Shown here: positions 5,309 through 7,721 of the stretch, one piece after another
Layout: every line of letters starts with the position of its first letter
How positions within the stretch are numbered: the first letter of the stretch is position 1
Assembly: GCA_964480775.1 (NCBI GenBank)
Contig: CAYZRF010000042.1
Location: forward strand, 1-7,721
Direction: 5' to 3'
From: an uncultured Nitrososphaerota archaeon
GTDB lineage: Archaea > Korarchaeota > Korarchaeia > Korarchaeales > Korarchaeaceae
DNA: 7,721 bases
The notes under the pieces: model-generated
Databases searched by the model: none
What the model was told of the DNA's origin: nothing
The model's input: the letters and a program-made list of their open reading frames with translations, nothing else
Translations under genes and position numbers: made by a program

Positions 5309-5545
5309 ATGGTTCTGATTTTGAATAGAGAAGCCATCGAAAAAGTCCTCACAATGTCCGATTATATTGATGCGGTGGAGAAGGCGTTTGGCGAGCTTGC
5401 TTCCAACAAGGCTATGATGCCCTTAAGGCCAACTATAAACGTAGATGAGTATTAGGGAGTCTCTCTTTACATGCCAGCTTACCTGATGGAAACTGGTTCT
5501 CTAGCCTGCAAGATAGTGACTGTCTACAAGAACAACCTCTATTAA
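5309..5545 (+). pseudogene. Remnant of an ornithine cyclodeaminase / mu-crystallin-family gene (archaeal alanine dehydrogenase type): N-terminal 78 codons only, with an internal TAG
   Basis: The translation MVLILNREAIEKVLTMSDYIDAVEKAFGELASNKAMMPLRPTINVDEY*GVSLYMPAYLMETGSLACKIVTVYKNNLY* matches the N-terminal pattern of OCD/AlaDH proteins (lIL.rEd.e.llsM.e.I.AvE.AF..la.gka.mP.r..i.......g....MPAyl......g.K.V.v...N). The in-frame TAG is at 5453-5455. The frame ends at 5543-5545, and no Rossmann (GxGxxA) domain follows in any frame. Full-length family members are roughly four times longer. A GGGAG RBS lies at 5295-5299. Confidence 0.75.
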
Positions 5546-5792
5546 GAACCCAGCGGCAAGTAGGAGAGGATATATAGCCCTTCTCATTCTATGCTCATAG
5601 CGTTTACAATTGAAAAAGATAACTATAGTAAAGATTCCTCTTGAAAGGGATATACGAAAAAATTGAGTCCAATTCGTTCTACGAAATTTAACAAATGTAC
5701 GACTGTATTAATCGCTGCGTGTGATTTCAAAGTACCGAATTTAAGTGAACTATATGGATTGCTTGATGTTGTTCACATTGTTGCATTAATGA

Positions 5793-5833
5793 GTTCCATT
5801 TCATCACGAAATAGAAGTGGAACACAGGTTTTT
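5793..5833 (+). terminator. Orphan hairpin followed by a T5 run
   Basis: GTTCCATTTC (5793-5802) and GAAGTGGAAC (5814-5823) form a 10-bp stem with one G-U pair and an 11-nt loop. TTTTT follows at 5829-5833. No convincing gene lies upstream on the plus strand. Confidence 0.25.
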
Positions 5834-5858
5834 AACACATTCTTTTAAGAAATAACTT

Positions 5859-7721
5859 GTGTGTGCGGTTCCGTTCATTCTCATATTGATACTGACGAAC
5901 CCGTTAAGCTTCATTGATCCAACACTTGAAGTGAGTTCCAACAACCTAAAAATTGAAATTGATTCTTCTGGTTGCGTTAAATCAATAGTACTTGATGGAA
6001 AACAGCTTAATTTGATCAATGACAGTTTCTTTTGGATTAGAGATTTGACAAGTTTCTTGCTGGGAAAGAATCTGTTGCCAGGACTTGACGACGGAATACC
6101 CAAAGAGTGGAAGTCTGCTGTAAAGGGAAAGTTTGAGTTTAAGGTAGGAGAAGGGAAGCTAACAATCATTTCTCAAGGTGGCACTATAAATGAGGGGGTT
6201 CAGCTCACTTCTGACCTTTTCTATGTAAAAGGAGGGAAAGAGTATGCATTGACAGTATTGCTAAACTCCAGCTTCGGCTACGTAGAGGAAGGGAAGACGG
6301 TCTCCTTACAAATCATCGTAAGCTGGTATGATTCAGGAGGAAACATGTTGAGGGAGGAGACCGTTCTTATTCCAGAAGGAGTTGTGCACGGCCCAACCAG
6401 GTTCACAAACCTAACAGAGGCCCCAAAGGGAGCCGTTAGGGCTTCTGTTACTCTCCTAGTAAGAGGAGAGTCCAAGCAAGGCGTTAACCTAGATTTAGAG
6501 GTGCTTGAAATCCTAGAACTTGGATTTATAGAACCTCCCGAAGATGTGAAGTGGGTTCCTGTCAAAGGAACTGTAAAGATGGAGGATGGCTGCTTAACCT
6601 TCTTAGGACGTGCTCTCGGGCTTAGATTATCCGCTTCTATCAGAGGAGGAGAAGCTATAAACCTAATTTGCGGGATTGAGGATGAGATAGGGAAGGACAG
6701 AGCCATAGAGCTTGCAGTTTCCCTTCCTATTGATGCTCATGATTGGTTCTGGTGGGATGACGCAAGGAGCAGGAGGCTTATAGTTAAAGGGGAGAAATAC
6801 TCAAATTTGGTCAACTCGCTGGTATCTGGAGGTTACCTTCCGATCTCCCTTTACCCCGTCGCAGCTATAACTGAAGGAAATATGGGAATATGCGTGGCAG
6901 TTCCTCTAGACACACCCAGGATCTTTAGACTGTACTATGATGACAAAGGGTTATCTGCAGTGTTTTCTATTGGTTTATCTTCTCTATACAAGTTCAGAAG
7001 GAGAGCTAACGTCTCCGTAGAAATCTTTGGGATAGATGGGGAGTGGGGCTTTAGAAGCGCGATAGTTGAGTACTATCGTCTGCATCCAGATTGGTTCGAG
7101 CCCAGAAAAGATCTTTCCTCCTCGAAAGCCGAGTGGGACCTCGCAAAGTACGGCATATCCTACTTCCAAGCCCACTTTCAATTCGTAGGGCCGGAGGAGA
7201 TGAAACAGCTAGAGCAAGCAGGAGTTTACATGGCCCAATACGTCCTTCCATGGGAGTTCGAGCCAATTACGGGAGCTAAGATAGATGGCCCGGCGCCAAA
7301 TTACTCGGAAATATGGGAGATAGTCGAGGAGGGATCGGAAGGGAAAGGATTTATTGCTCTTAAGGCCATGGCAGCTCTTTCCTCGGCAGCTCTGACCGCC
7401 GGTGGGGATAGGGCCATAGCCCAGTATAGGAAGGGTCCGAACTACAGGCCAGATGAATGGGTTCCAAGGATACCCTTGAACGTAGATCCCGATATTCCGG
7501 GCTACAACGTTTGGAATTACACCATCGACGTGATTGAATTTTCATTAGAAAAGGCAAGGGAAAGCGATGTTACAATAGACGGCGTTCAGCTCGACAACTT
7601 CATGGGGAGGTCTCAATACCTTGATAACGAGGAGAGGATCCCTTATCTGGAGGAACCTCCTACATATGACCCAAACACGTTCAGGCCAGCGGTTCACCTT
7701 TCCTTCTCCGCGGTCGAATAC
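5859..7721 (+). CDS. Large uncharacterised protein (more than 620 aa, 3' end outside the window) with a hydrophobic N-terminus, a CBM/galactose-binding-like beta-sandwich and a long C-terminal region of unknown, possibly glycan-active, function
   Basis: I translated the frame containing position 5856 codon by codon. It has no stop from the TAA at 5853-5855 to the last base, 622 codons in all. Codon usage resembles the other genes (AGG/AGA, ATA, GAG/GAA). The ORF is absent from the supplied track, presumably because it has no stop inside the window. There is no in-frame ATG until 6346. Candidate starts are GTG 5859, giving (M)CAVPFILILILTNPLSF, and TTG 5886. The start and the function are uncertain. 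Confidence 0.8.
   Translation, partial: MCAVPFILILILTNPLSFIDPTLEVSSNNLKIEIDSSGCVKSIVLDGKQLNLINDSFFWIRDLTSFLLGKNLLPGLDDGIPKEWKSAVKGKFEFKVGEGKLTIISQGGTINEGVQLTSDLFYVKGGKEYALTVLLNSSFGYVEEGKTVSLQIIVSWYDSGGNMLREETVLIPEGVVHGPTRFTNLTEAPKGAVRASVTLLVRGESKQGVNLDLEVLEILELGFIEPPEDVKWVPVKGTVKMEDGCLTFLGRALGLRLSASIRGGEAINLICGIEDEIGKDRAIELAVSLPIDAHDWFWWDDARSRRLIVKGEKYSNLVNSLVSGGYLPISLYPVAAITEGNMGICVAVPLDTPRIFRLYYDDKGLSAVFSIGLSSLYKFRRRANVSVEIFGIDGEWGFRSAIVEYYRLHPDWFEPRKDLSSSKAEWDLAKYGISYFQAHFQFVGPEEMKQLEQAGVYMAQYVLPWEFEPITGAKIDGPAPNYSEIWEIVEEGSEGKGFIALKAMAALSSAALTAGGDRAIAQYRKGPNYRPDEWVPRIPLNVDPDIPGYNVWNYTIDVIEFSLEKARESDVTIDGVQLDNFMGRSQYLDNEERIPYLEEPPTYDPNTFRPAVHLSFSAVEY

Noticed and set aside
5068-5352. 94-aa minus-strand ORF across the exporter / OCD intergenic region
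   Set aside because: It spans promoter DNA and the antisense of the OCD remnant start. The sequence is low-complexity Ser/Phe/Leu/Lys and no motif was recognised.
5663-5848. 61-aa plus-strand ORF in the AT-rich spacer
   Set aside because: It has a TTG start, no RBS or TATA at a suitable distance, and no recognisable motif. It runs through the hairpin/T5 element. Treated as a chance ORF or debris from the deleted gene.
5804-7557. ORFs 5804-6169(-), 6278-6706(-), 6984-7181(-), 7051-7266(-), 7091-7279(+) and 7360-7557(-)
   Set aside because: All lie within the uninterrupted 622-codon plus-strand frame (5856-7721). They are antisense or out-of-frame shadows with Ser/Pro/Arg-rich, biased translations.
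1-7721. Scan for CRISPR repeats, tRNA T-loop (GGTTCRAATCC) motifs, rRNA, C/D-box sRNAs (RUGAUGA...CUGA) and IS terminal repeats
   Set aside because: No regularly spaced direct repeats were seen. The only GGTTCGA occurrence (about 7093) lies inside the large coding frame with no tRNA-like context. All TGATGA occurrences on the plus strand are inside coding regions. The one intergenic candidate, a minus-strand GTGATGA at about 5803-5809, has no CUGA D or D' box at the right spacing. This was a visual scan only, so short or degenerate elements could have been missed.

Overview
The window looks archaeal and Thermococcales-like (Pyrococcus/Thermococcus). This is inferred from AGG/AGA Arg and ATA Ile codons, Glu/Lys-rich proteins, archaeal-type VapBC/HicAB modules, and TATA-like boxes about 26 nt upstream of several start codons.

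Left third (1-2789): by eye this is an AT-rich accessory patch.
- The 3' end of a Type IIG / N6-adenine-methyltransferase-type R-M gene is open to the left edge.
- About 450 bp of decayed non-coding DNA follows.
- An intact hicB antitoxin is followed by a hicA toxin carrying two in-frame nonsense codons. The pieces are too short to appear in the ORF track.
- A convergent, intact vapBC (PIN) pair and a doubtful 76-codon ORF complete the patch.

Middle (2782-5066): a PfkB-family kinase is translationally coupled to a divergent TrpF (PRAI)-fold protein in which the canonical catalytic Cys is replaced. A convergent LysE/RhtB-type exporter follows.

Right:
- A remnant of an ornithine cyclodeaminase / archaeal alanine dehydrogenase gene (first 78 codons, internal TAG) ends at an apparent deletion junction.
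- An AT-rich spacer follows.
- An ORF of more than 620 codons (5859 to 7721, open at the right edge) is absent from the supplied ORF track, which shows only its antisense or out-of-frame shadows. It encodes a large uncharacterised protein with a CBM/galactose-binding-like beta-sandwich signature.

No rRNA, tRNA, CRISPR array, C/D-box sRNA or recognisable IS element was seen. All functional calls rest on motif recognition by eye; no database search was run.
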